Source: Lama guanicoe (Eukaryota). Taken from it: DNA of 64,000 bases. The notes under the pieces were generated by a model. The model searched no databases, had not been told where the DNA came from, and saw only the letters and a list, made by a program, of their open reading frames with translations. This document shows positions 35,534 through 48,744 of this stretch, in pieces (positions within the stretch are counted from its first letter, which is position 1; every line of letters starts with the position of its first letter). Position numbers and translations under genes: made by a program. The DNA lies in NCBI GenBank assembly GCA_013239625.1, contig MU053482.1, positions 719,168-783,167 of the forward strand. The letters run 5' to 3'.

Positions 35534-38329
35534 AAGTCCTTTTAAACTCTACTTGTCCTGGGAACTCAGTAGTTGGTCCTCTTCTTCTTTCCTCCTTGGG
35601 TACCATCTCAGAAATCCCTCTATTGCCAAGGTTTCAACAAATCACCCCTGTGGAGATGAAACTTGGGTGCTGGCTTATATCTCCCACTGAGAGTATTGAT
35701 AAGAGTTTCCTAATTGGTCTCCCAGCCTCTAGTCATACTGAGATGTTCATATACACCCCATTCTCATTCATCCTCCTTCAGCTCATTCAACTCTCCACAG
35801 TTCTTTCTAAATGCGCATGTGATGGTCTGTCATTATCGTGTTTTAAATCTTTACAATTGACCCTCATCTTCAGAATGAAGCTGTGTTCTTAGCATGTCAT
35901 ATGAACCCATTTGTTGTCCAGCTCAATCTTATCTTTCCAATCTTGTTCCTGCCATACCCCAACCCTACAGTTGTGTGCATATTCAACAGTTGTCAGACTG
36001 AACTGTTTTCCTTCCCCTTAGACCATGCATTTCTAAGCATAGTCTTTTTTTATTCTCAACAATTTAGAGTCTGAAAAATCTGAGTTCAAATCCTGTGCTG
36101 TTTAACAGCTATACAAGTTCATAAAAATAATTCTAAGTATATATTCTTATATTTCATAATAAGCAGATAGGATATAGTATAATTATATAACACATGTATA
36201 ACCAAATTTAATACATATTTTAATTATATAATAAATATATAATTAGAAAATTAATAGTAAATCAAATGTATGTATAATAATTTTTTAATAATTAAATTAA
36301 AATTATGTGAGCCACTCACTTCTACTTGTGGAACTGTATGGTCCTTTTTATACTTTAGTATCTCTTTCCATTCAAAGTGGGAGATCAGTTATGTAGAATT
36401 CTCAAGGATGTCTGCTAAAATTGTAACATGAAAAATCTACTTAAATTTGTCTCCTCCAAGGAAGCAGGGTGAGTTAAGTAACTAACATATATTGACAAGC
36501 AAATGTGAGTTATATATTTTTTAATGGAGTATGAATTATTCCTCACAGATTTCATCCTCATTTTTAAAACAGGATACTTGCTTGAAAATAGCAAGTAGCT
36601 TGTTCAATCGTCACGACTATCTAAGTGTCCAAGAAAGAATTTTAATTTAGGTCTGAATTTAATTTAGATATTAAATTCAGATAATTCAGATAATTTAAAA
36701 ATATCATGTACTTTAAAAGTATTATGCTTTCCCTAAAATATAGAGGTAGAAGCTGGAAAGTTATATAAAATAGGTAAATAAAATAAAACAATGTTTATCA
36801 CAGAGATTAAAAGAGCTCTTAGGAGAATGATAATGAACAAATGAAGCAAAACAGCAAAAACAAAAAACAATGTTGAGATCAACTTAAATGGAAATTATCT
36901 GATCTACTGTGTGATGAGCTATTTCTTTGGGAGAATTAAAAGTGCTTATAAAATCAGTTTTATTCTCCAAACGAAAAAGATACCTGGGACAGAGTAAGTA
37001 TTCTATAAATGGGGAAATTATTATTAAGCCTTTATATTTTTACACAATGTGTTTAAAATTCCTCCATTTAAACACCTTCCCCATGCTAATTTATACTTAT
37101 CTTTCAAGATTCAGCTCTAATTTTATTCTTCGGAATACAATTCTAATGTTTTTCTTCTAGAAACCCTCTCTGATTCCTCTAAACAAAGCTGGGTTCACTT
37201 GTCTTTGTCACACATATCTTGGGCATATTACTGCTAAAGCACTCAAGATAATGTAATTAACTGTGTTTTACATGCATATCTATCAACTGAGGATAAGGAC
37301 AACCTCTCATTTATGTTCACATTCCTTTGCCTGGCACTCACTAATACTCTAAAAGTGTTGAAATGAATGATTAAGTCCCAAATCGTTACCTTTAGCAGTG
37401 ACCTCTCACCAAATGTGTTTCATGTTTCCACGGGCCTCCAAGACATCTCTGCTTAGAGAGCAAGGTATCTATCTAGCATGATGCTCTCAAATGATAATGT
37501 ATGAACTGAACTCTTATGAAGGATGCTTCCTTCTTCCTAATAAAAGTGACAATAAACACGGCAAAGATGTTTTCCACTAATTTCCTCCCCAAAGTGCTCT
37601 TTTGTTTGAAAGTACATTTTTCCCAAAAGGTCCCCCAAATTTTAACTTCAAAGCCCACCTGAATTGTTATCCAAAATGCCATCAAAAGATATAAACATGG
37701 CTACCCTTTCAGTGCTAATTATATGTTGTTTGTTTGAGTTAATTTGCATACACTGATATAAACAACTCACCCAAAAGTGATAAAAATTGGCTGTTCTCCA
37801 AAGTTTTAAACAACTTACATTACCAGTCGTGTACCATATGAGGGCATTTTGAGTACCAACAACAAAACATGAATGATGCAACCATGAGTCCATAAAAAGA
37901 GGCAGAGGTGCACTTGAGCACTCAGACACCCTACTCAGCGTGAAAGTCCAAACTATGCAGAGCATGGATCAAAGATCAGAGCCTGTTAAAAATGTGCTGA
38001 GCTGGTTAGCTGAGAGTCACCAACAGACCCTAAGACAACTCCAACCCCCTACGTGGTATGCTTACAAGATGAAATTCTTAATTCAAGGTTTACTTAGAAT
38101 CAAACACAGACTTATTCTCCCAGTCACTACACTTGGACAATTTTGTAATTATTATTTACCCTTCTTTTTAATTTAATTTTTCTTTGATTTATTTTTACAT
38201 TCCATCAGGGAACATGTGTATACTGAGCTCTGAGAGTAAAACAGTAAACGTACAAGCTGCTGTTTAGTTGGTGCTCCCAGTAAGTGGGTCACAGAAGTAA
38301 ACAGACAATTATAAAATTAAAACATCACT

Positions 38330-38460
38330 GGGAGGTGCATATAGCTCAGTGGCAGAGCATGTGCTCAGCATGCATGAGGTCCTTACATGCTCAATCCCCA
38401 GTACCTTCACTAAATTAAAAAAACAAGCAAGCAAATAAAAATCTATTTTAATGCCACCGC
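38330..38460 (+). mobile_element. tRNA-derived SINE (Vic-1-like)
   Basis: gggaggtgcatatagctcagtggcagagcatgtgctcagcatgcatgaggtcc...tcaatccccagtacc followed by an A-rich tail. Confidence 0.75.
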
Positions 38461-40788
38461 TTGATAATTGATATCATGGGAATATTTAACCAGCCTTCAC
38501 CTCCTGCAGGTTTGTCTTTGGCAACTCTTTTTATCCATCCCTTAGTGTTAGTTCCCATTCCCACTGCCGTTGCCATTGGCTTGTTACTTATTCCTCTTTT
38601 TGACTCCCCCTTCTGTTGACATATTCTTTCACTTCATCAGTGAATATTTACACGCTGAATCCTGAAGGTACAACAATGAACAAGGTGCTGCCCCCTCTAG
38701 GAGCTCCCAGCTCCTTGGGTGATAAGGACAAATAAGTAAACGGCTTCAACACAAACAGTCCCATGCAAGGTGCTTTATTATAATGACTGCACACTTTGAT
38801 AAGTGTTGTCAGAGAACTATTCAACCAGTCTCTAAGTCCTGCTAATTCATCCTTGACAAAATCCTTCCACCTTTTTAGCTTCAATTCCCATTTACATTAC
38901 CGCTGCCGTTGGCCTAGCCGGGTCTTTATTCCTGAATTATTACTCAGTGAGCCTCCTCACTGTTCTCACGGCTTCCGTTCTCGCTTCCCAGCCCTCCTTT
39001 ACACTCTCTGCTAAGTACTGGATTTACAGAGTCCCTACCCTCAGGGGTATTATAGCCCAATTAAAAGAGGATGAAACAAAGAATTCACAAACAAATATAT
39101 AATTATACAATGCTACCATTGTTATGAAATAAAAGAATAAAATTCTCTGAAGAAAAAAAAATTGGAGTCCTAATGGAAGAGGGCCAGGGAACGCCTTTTC
39201 GAGGAAGTAACAGCAGAAAATCAGAAAGTGGTATCAGAAAATTGAGTAGGAGTTAACCAGGTGAAAATTAGGAGGAGAAGCACTAGAAACAAATAGACTT
39301 ACCTACGCGAAGACCCTAATGCAGGGAAGAGTTTAGTGAGTTAGAGGAAAAGAAAGAAGCCAATCTGATACACATTGCAGAAACAGCTCTGGTAGCAGTA
39401 ATCAAAGTGATGTTGCCATCACAGAGTCAACCGGAATGCCTCTTCCCCTCCTTGATGGAAACTTTCAAGTTCAGATCAAACAGTATCTTGATGAAACCTG
39501 CCTTACATGACATTCACCAGTGCTTGGCATGTGTTCTGTACTTAATGTCATTTTCTTTTGACAACAGGTATTGGGACATGGAGTAATTTTAGTATATTTC
39601 TCTAGGTCATAAAGCTAGAAATTAATAGGAGAGGAACCAGAATGAAAATGTTAAGCATCTTTTATTTTTATTAAAAATTTAATAAACGTACATGATAAAG
39701 TTAAGTACAAAATAATATAGAATCAAAAGATTTCCCTCTCAGGGTTGACCTCTGTGCTTCCCCACTTTCCTGCACTGAAAGCAACAAACTATTTATCAAT
39801 TCTTTGTGTGTGTGTTTCCAGAAACGTACTAGTTACATATTTTATATGTATGTGTGTAATATGTATTTCTATAAAATATATGTAATTTGTGTGATGTGTA
39901 TATAATGTCCTTCACCCTGATTTTTTCAAATAATAGTTTATCTTGGAGCTTATTCCACATTAATATAACATATTCACAGTTACATAGTTTGCAGTGTAAA
40001 ATCTACAGTTTTTCATCAGTGCCCTATTGATGGATTAAGATAACTTGCACATTATTTTACTATTAAAATTGTGTTATAGTAAGAAACAGTTATGATCTTT
40101 CCTGTATGACTCAAAGCCTGAATCAAGCTCTGATACAAGCTCTATCTTGTACTGCTCACTCGGCTTTTCAAAAGCCAGTAGCCTCAAATTCACTTGATCA
40201 ACCTTTGGAAAAGGGCTTACATCTTCAACTTATCTTATGCAACTTTCTTAATAATCGCTAGTGTAGCATTAGCAAAAAGAAAAAAGTATTCTATATTAAA
40301 AGAAGTCTATGTCCTGTTTCTTCCATCCTAGATTTTGTGTACAACAACAGCTTGGTCTTAAGTGCTTAACTGTGTATTTGCTCAATGCTGGGCTTCCCAC
40401 CTCCAAATGGACGATTCATGAGCAAGGGGCTGTGTTGGTTCTGTTCGCTTCTCTTTCCCAGGGTCTAGAAGGATTCCTGGCATGTAGTAATCACTCAATA
40501 ATTGTTGAGGAACAATTACTGCCTATTGGGAAGGTTACTGTAACATGTTACTCATGATACATTGATAAATACACTGTAATAGAAATAAATTAACATCAGT
40601 GTTAATGTATCCCATCTCATCATACCAACTCAGTAAGATAAGCATATTATCTTTGTCTAAGCAATATGGAAGCTAAAACTCCATATTGTTTAATAAAACT
40701 GCTAAGCATCACAAACCAGAGAGTTTTAGTGCTGGGATTAAACTTAGGTCACTCAGAATCCAAAAAGGTTGTGCTTTTCTCTGCACAG

Positions 40789-40923
40789 TACAGCATTCCT
40801 AGAGTATGGTTTTCCTTTCTTGAACTTCATCCTATTGGCCTCTGACATCCCTTAGGGTCCCAAAGGACAGTGGAGTCAGGAAAGGTCAGGTACCCTTGAG
40901 GGAGGGGAGGGAGAAGAGCTAAG
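40789..40923 (+). other. Predicted non-coding 5'UTR exon of the OR10A5-like gene
   Basis: Acceptor gtgcttttctctgcacag| at 40771-40788 and donor AAG|GTGAGC at 40924. It lies inside a 603-bp block identical between duplicons. Motif prediction only. Confidence 0.5.
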
Positions 40924-42319
40924 GTGAGCCCAGAAACACCTGGGGGAAAATAGAGGTGCCAGCCCTTCACCTGGCCCTGAGGACAAAAGGCACAGCTGGG
41001 AAGAAATCTCAGTCAGGACGGGGAGCTTGGCCAGCCCTCTAGAGTGCTCACTCACGCCTGACACAGAGGAGGCAGCAGGGACCTGGCTTCGGGTCCAGCC
41101 ACTAATGGCTCATCCAGGGCAAGGAGTAAGACCTCCCTGGTTCCTCTTCTGGGTCCGCTGACAACAGAGCCAGAGTTCTTCACACACTCCAGGGCGTGCG
41201 TGAAGCACAGGTACCAGGCAGAGCTGAACAAGGCACATCTCCCTACTGGGCACAGGTAAATTTCCAATCTAGGGTCACATCAACCAGGGTTCCCTCTCCA
41301 GGTTCAGTTGCTCAACTGGACAAGGTTTGGCAGGATTTGGTGGGACTCCTAATCCTATTCCTCTGTCCACCCTGAGAAGATCTCATCAGATCCTCACCTC
41401 GCTAGGATTTAGTCTCCAATTTCTTTTTCATAAGTGAGATCTGAGGCCAAAGAAGATTGAGATTACCCAGGTTTTTTTTTCCTCCCGTTTTTGACTCTAA
41501 AGCTTTCTGCGTCAGAAAAATTCTAGTCCCTGCCGCTTTGACAGCACATATACTTCCTCCAAGTCTTGACTTTCCTCTAATTATCTCAGGGAAGACTTGC
41601 CAGTGGAACATTCACAAGGTAGAACACATCAAGTACACTATTTCTTTAGGACAATTCTGTGGGTGCGGAAGACCCAGAAGAGTGGGTTCCTACTCCCGGC
41701 ACAGCAGGCGTGATTAGCAGCGTAACGTTCCTGTGGAAGGCATAGAGAAACTAGCAGGGAGCCTGTGGGCCGGCCATGGACTATCAGGTTCTGCAGTGTC
41801 TCCCACCCTCAAGTCAGGCTGCCATCTCTTCTTCCCCAGGAAACCCAACTGGACCTTTCATGTCTCCTCCCTCCTCCTTCCTAATCATTCTCCACCAGAA
41901 CCACTCCTAATCCTTTGTCATGAAATGATGCTTCTAGTGAAAGGGGTTTTTAGTAGAAGAACATGAGTAGACATGAAATCCAATGGAAACTCCAGGAGTG
42001 ATGAACTTTCTGAAATTCTTGTATTCCTTTTCCACTCATTTACTATAAATAACTTAATCTGGATATGCACTGGGCTTATTCCTGTAAATAATATGCAGTT
42101 CCTGGTCTGAAGAAATTTGCAAATTAAACTGGGAAATTTAGGTATCAATAGATAATTAAAATACAAATGATTAAGTATTCGTAAAAGCACTCAGGAATAA
42201 CAGTATCTGGAAGTAGTTCAGGAAAAACTTATCTGAACTTTGAAAATGAGAAGGAAGAAATTACATGGAAAGAGGAGGAGGCATGTACAACCAAAGGTGA
42301 TAAGTGCAAAAATATAGAG

Positions 42320-42697
42320 CAGGGATTGGCAGACTACCACGCATAGGTGAAATACAGCCAGCCTCTTGGTTTTTATGGCTCATGGGCTAAAAATGACTTT
42401 TACATTTAAAAAATGGTTTAAAAAGTCAAAAGAAGAATAGTTTATGGCACTTGAAAATTATATGAAATTCAAATTTTGATGTCTATCAGTAAAATTAATT
42501 GCAATGTAGACATGCTCATTTGTTTATTGTATATATTTATATACCTAATTGTTCGTATACCTATATTAACATTATAGATTCGGCATCTTGCATGTGTGTA
42601 TTTGTTTGGATGTTGAGTAGTTGCAACAGAGCTCATCTGGTCTGCAAAGCCTAAAACATTTTATATCTGTCCTCTTATAGAAGTTTGCCAACCTCTG
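42320..42697. mobile_element. hAT-Charlie non-autonomous DNA transposon (MER58B-like)
   Basis: TIRs CAGGGATTGGCAGACT...AGTTTGCCAACCTCTG, with a MER58-like internal sequence (gctaaaaatgacttttacattt, ttatatgaaattcaaattt). Confidence 0.75.
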
Positions 42698-44689
42698 TAT
42701 AGAATCATGAAGGGAAGCAATTCATTCACTAAGTAGTAAGAAACTAATGATGAGGGACAAAAGTTGATACTTAAAATATTTTCTGTGTTCAAAACGTATG
42801 CCTTGCTGAAAACCCAAGTGGCACTTTTATTGTATTTTTTCTCATCGTGGTTCTAAGTGCAGGCTCTGCATCATCCTGCAATGCAGATAATTTATTAAAT
42901 TACTTAATTATTAAATAACTTAAGCTCTCCAAATTTCAGTTTGCCATTAGCAATATGGGGAGGATTATAATAGTAGCATCAAAATCAGACTGTTGTTATG
43001 AGAAGAGTATGAAAAAAATAAAAGTAAAATACATAGCATAATTTTATTATGTATTCAGCAAACACTACCGACATGCAGTCGTCATTTTCATTTTCATCAT
43101 TACTGCTTTCACTGCTGCTGTATAACAAACGTAGCTCACTGTAGGCTATTTGGAAAACCAAAAAATGAAATTTCCCCACCACTTAAAGGTGATCATCGCT
43201 AAAATTTTGTACATTCCCTGTCTTTTTTTCCCCTACGCAGACATTTATAAATTTGGAATCTTATATGTACACCTATATATTCTTGAGTTTTTTTAATATA
43301 ATATTTCTTTGTGAGTATTATTCAATAACAATAAATGTTCTTCAAAACTGACTGAACATAATTACATGATATTTTCTGAGGTGCCCGTGCCATGATCGAC
43401 CTCATCAGTTATGGACGAGTGGTTGGTTGATTGCAGTCCTGACACTATTTATCTTTAAATACAACACAACATATTTATATGTGAAATCACTGTCTATGGC
43501 TCTACTGGCTTAGACTAGAAATCCCGAGGAAGTTCTTGAAACAAAGCATGTGAACACTTTAAGAGACTTCATACAAATTTTCTAAATTGCTTTTCAGAAA
43601 AAAAATACTAATTTACAGCCCAAATCAAAGATATTATCTATCATACCACCCCCATATTAGCACTGAACATTTTGATTATTTTTGCCTTTCTAAGTTTGAT
43701 AGTTACCTATTTATTTGTCTGATTTTTACTTCTTTTTTGACTGCTAGGAAAATTGAGTAATTTTATATATATATTCCTTTATGGTACTTTTGATAAATTA
43801 AATCTTGGTGCCCTCTGTTTTCTGGGTTGGGGAGAGATACAATGCTTGTTCTTAATGATTCATGGGCCCTCTTTACAAGTCAATTAGGCAAACACTTTTT
43901 ATTATTTGTTGAATTACTACAAAATTATTCCAAGTTTATCATTTATATTTAAAATTTTATAAGCTGTTTTGATTTGCATAATTATTTTATTCTTAATAGA
44001 ATGTTTGTTTATCTGAATACAGAGAACACATTAAGGTGAATAATGTACAACAGGTAAAACACAGGACAATTTTAAAACACTTATAATCACAGCACTGAGA
44101 TTTTAACATTTAAATAATACAATAGTAGTTTTCCATGTATGGATATAATTTCATATTTTAAAATGAAGATCTTGGCATTGAACATACTATTGAACATACT
44201 CCATCCACTTAGATAAATATGTTGAATATCTCACTGTGCTATTAAATGTTCTTTTCTAGCATAATTCTAAATTATGGCACAGAATTTCATAGTGGAACTA
44301 TAATACAATTTATTTAAACAATTTGCTATTTTTGTTCTTTTGTTCATTTGTTTACAACTACATTATCTTAAATAAAGCTGAGAAAAGCATTCAAGTAAAA
44401 TACAGTTTGCATCCAAACAATGTAAAAATTGTAAATACAGTGCTGCTAGTTCGAAGTGTCTTTGATATACATTGTGAAATCAACTTATCATTTTGACCTA
44501 TCCTGTTTATTTCCCTTAACTTTTATAATAACTGAGGACTACAATTTTTAAAACATCTTATTTTTAATTTGCATTCATTTTCTGGTTACTTTGAACATTT
44601 CCCCATATTTTATAGCTATTATGATTTTAAATGTATGATTATATTCGTTGCATAATTTTTGGTTTCTTTCTCCAATGTCTTTTTTTAAA

Positions 44690-45025
44690 TCAATTTTTTT
44701 GTTGTGTAAGACCACTTAGCGTGAGAATCCTTAACGAATGTTTAAGTACACAATACAGCTTGTTAACTGCAGGCACAATGTTGTGCAGCAGATTTTTAAA
44801 AGTTATTCACCATGCAAAACTGAAATTTTGTACCCTTCAAACAGCAAGTCCTTGTTTCTCCCTCCCACCCCCTGACTCCCCCCTAGCCCCTTGATATCAC
44901 CATACTGCTCCCCATTTCTGAGTTTGACTATTTTATGTACCTTGTATGAGTGGAATCATGCAGCATTTGTCCTTCTGTGTCTGGCTTATTTCATTTAGCA
45001 GAATGTCTCCCCAGGTTCATCCATC
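44690..45025 (-). mobile_element. Old L1MA 3' end
   Basis: ttaactgcaggcacaatgttgtgcagcagat...gtggaatcatgcagcatttgtccttctgtgtctggcttatttcatttagc. Confidence 0.7.
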
Positions 45026-45505
45026 ATATTTTATCTTTTAAAATCAAGATGAACCTCACACATTACTAGAAAACTATCAATTTGTTTTAAGTAGCACACA
45101 TTTATTATTATTATAGTATTCTTATAATTTTAAAAATTTCATTGTTTCCAAGGATATTTTCCATTTCTTATTCCTAAAATTGCATATTATTGTTTTATTC
45201 AGACATTTCTTTATTAGATTCTGCGACTATTTATCTCCACTTTTTAAGTTATCAAAGGACTGACTTTTAAATATAGTTATCAATTTTATAATTTTAAAAT
45301 TTATTTTTGCTTTTAGTTGTATTTTCTCCTTGCTGTGTCTGTTTTCTTTTCTAAGTTGATTTGAAAACCAAGTTAATTTATTTTCATTATTTTTTTATGT
45401 GATAATAATAAAAGTCTTAATTCTCCCCTCAAATTTTTTAAGCCTCAGTCTACTGTGTTTTTTCATATGTGTTATCAGCAGAAGTCTATTGGGCATATGA
45501 GTTTT

Positions 45506-47170
45506 TTCTCCCAACTTTATTGAGATATAACTGACATTTAATATTGTGTAAGTTTGAGGTGTACAATGTAATGATTTGATACACATATACGTTGCAAAAT
45601 AATTGCCACAAAAAAAGGTTAGTTAACACATCCATCATCTCACATAACTACCTTTTGTGTGTGCATATATGGTGAGAACACTTAAGATCTACTCTCTTTT
45701 AGCAACTAGCAAGTATATAATACAATATGTTTAATTATAGTCACCATTGCTGTATATTAGAACCCCAGAACTTATTCATCCTATTACTGGAAGTTCGTAG
45801 ATCTTGACCAACATTTCCCCCTTTCCCCTAGCCCCCAGACCCTGGCAGTCATCATTCTACTCTCTGTTTCTTTGAGTTCAGCTTTCTTAGATTCCATATA
45901 TAAGTGAGATAATACAGTATTTGTTTGTTCTTTGACTTATTTCATTTAGCATGAGATCCTCAAGCTCAATTAATTTTGTCTGTCAAAAATGGCAAGATTT
46001 CTTTCTTTTTAATGGCTGAATAATAATTATATGGCTGAATAATACATATAATATAATATGTAATATAATAATAATACATATATATATATATATCTCCCCC
46101 ATTTTCTTTATCCATTCATCTGTAGACACTTAAGTTGTTTCCATATCTTAGCTATTGTGAATAATGCTGCCATGAACATGGGGAGTGCAGATATCTCTGA
46201 GATAGTGACTTCATTCTCTCTGTATATATACCCAGAAGTGGAATTACTGGATCATATGGTAATTTTATTTTAAATTTTTGAGGAACCTCCACACTATTTT
46301 TCCATAATGGCTATACCAATTTATATTCCCCTCAACTGTGCACAAAAGTTCTCCTTTCTCCACATCTTCCCCAACACTTGTTATCGCTTATCTTTTTTTT
46401 TTTTAGTATTTCATGTTGTATGTGATTTTTTTCTTTTCTGTTAACTATAAAGCAATATTTTTGTTTTTGTTTTTGAAGTATAGTCAGTTTACAATGTTGC
46501 ATCAGCTTCTGGTACAGAATAATGTTTCAGTCATCCATATACATACATATATTCTTTTTCACTATAGGTTACTACAAGATGTCGAATATACCTGTGCTAT
46601 ACAGTATAAACCTGTTTATCTATTTTATATAATCTTTGTCTTTTTGATGATAGCCATTTGAACCTCTTTAAGGTGAGATCTCACTGGAGTTTTGATGTGC
46701 ATTTCCCTGTTGACTAGTGACATTGAGCACCTTTGTGTGTATCTGTTGGCCATTTGTATGCCATCTTTAGAAAAATGTCTATTAAGGCCTTCTGTTCATT
46801 TTTCAATCAGATTTTTTTCATTTTTACTTCTATTATTATTTTCCTACTGAGCTGTATGAATTTCTCATATAGTTTGGATATTAACCCTTTATCAGATATA
46901 CAGTTTGCAAACATATTTTCCCATTTGGTAGGTTGCCTATTCATTTTGTTGATTGTTTCCTTTGCTGTGCAGAAGCTTTTCAGTTTAATGGAGTCCACTT
47001 GTTTATTTTTAGTTTTTTTGGCTTGTGCTTTCAGTATCATATCCAAAAAAATCACTGCCAAGACCGATGTGAAGAAGCTTTTCCCTTACATTTTCTTCTA
47101 GAAGTTTTATAGTTTCAGGTTTTATATTTAAGTCTTTAATCCATTTAGAATTAGTTTTTTGAGTGGGGTA
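45506..47170 (-). mobile_element. 5'-truncated L1MA with a nested younger L1 3' end (~46460-46630)
   Basis: The ORF at 46807-47061 ([29 protein letters not shown]) is ORF2-like. 3'UTR begins ccaactttattgagatataactgac. Confidence 0.85.
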
Positions 47171-48744
47171 AGATAAAATTCTTGGGGTTTTTTGTAGGCA
47201 GCTGGGAAGTTCTTTTGATTGTAACGTGTGGTTTTGCTTCTTTAGTTTTATTTGTTTCCTGTCTGAATGCTTAAAGATTTTCCCTACCCTCAAAATTAAA
47301 AAAAAATAACACAAAGATCAAAACATATTGGTATGTGTGTATTTCTATTCTTGTGTGTGTGTTAAGGAATGCTCAGTTCAAAAAGAGTTAGCTCAGTAAT
47401 TTAAATTTTTTCCTATACTTTATGTTTTGTAATGTAATTTCAGTTTTATAATATTTTCATAATAATGTGCACCCTACATGTTCTGCACATCTTAGGTGAC
47501 ATCATTAGGTGTCCCTACCCGTTGTACATTCCCTCCACCAAGCTACTATGTATTTACTGTATCAAGATCTTCATTGTGATTTTAATAGAATTGATTATTT
47601 ATATATCTCCTCCATTAAATTTTAAGCTTCACGGAGGAATCAACCATCACATCGCTAGTGCCTCAACAGAAGTGGAATAAATATTAAATTTTTTCTTATT
47701 ACTTAAGATTCTGTCTTTAATATAGTACATGTTAATTGTTTATTCATAATTGTTTTCCTTTGAATATTAACTCTAATGTTTCTCATATTTTTCATAGAAC
47801 TCTTGTGGTAATTCATTTCTTTTTTTTTTCTTCTTCCATTTGTCCACTCTTGAAAGAGAAGTATTTGGAATCTCCTGAGGCACACTCACTATCTGCTTAG
47901 TTGTGTAATACTCCTCTTAGATCTTAATTTTGAAAGCCAGTGAATACATTGAGTCCTGACCACCAATTTTTAATTATAGCTTTGCTGGACTGAAAAATAA
48001 AGCTCCTAAGGTTGTTACCTCATAAACAGGTCAGACAAGAAGGAACAAGTATTATAAGATCTGAAGTACTCTGCAGTTCTGACATTGAGGGGGAAAGGTG
48101 AATTAAAACTACTACATTCTGTACACATCCTCCTATCCATCCCCTTGCCACTTTTTTCCTACTTCAAGTCACTTCAAAATGAAGCATGATAAAACAATTG
48201 ACTTCTTCCATTATGTATCCTCTCAAATTGTATTAGGACTGCAGTCCCTACTTGCATACAAAAAAGTAAGTACTATTTTTGGCAGTAGATGGAGAAGATG
48301 AACACCATGAATCTCTGCCAAAGGGGAATATATAACAGGATTAAATGGAAATTATCTACTGTTTTTCCATCTGACTCCACTTTATTGCCTCAGGACCTAT
48401 CTCATTTAACCCCACAACAAAGGTATTAAGTATGCAGCAGAAGATGGGTGTGTGTGGATATGATCCAATTTGTTTTAGCAAATACGATCACAAAGTGGAA
48501 AATGGATGATAAAGAATAAGAGTAAGGAAGGATGAGCCATTGCCCATTCAGAGCTCGGGCTCTGGCGACTCTTCCTTGTGTCTTTATTCTTAGCCAACAG
48601 GAAGCCCTTTCCTTTGCAACCGAGATCCTGATTTTGTCTCTTTCCCTGACACTCAGAATGAATCTGAAAAACAAATCCAGAATCTGACTCTTTCTATTGA
48701 GAATCTCTCTCCATGACCGCAGCTGGGGTTTCACTCCTGTTTCT

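Noticed and set aside
36120..36310. Very AT-rich tract as a structural element
   Set aside because: Low-complexity sequence with no definable unit or supportable function.
38330..38410. tRNA gene-like A and B boxes (also at 4560, 51820, 57494)
   Set aside because: These are SINE heads with A-rich tails, some with clear TSDs, and no complete cloverleaf.
48697..48744. 16-aa extension making the deleted OR10A copy look 313 aa long
   Set aside because: It begins at TTG and spans the likely acceptor at 48721-48722. The homologous ATG is at 48745.
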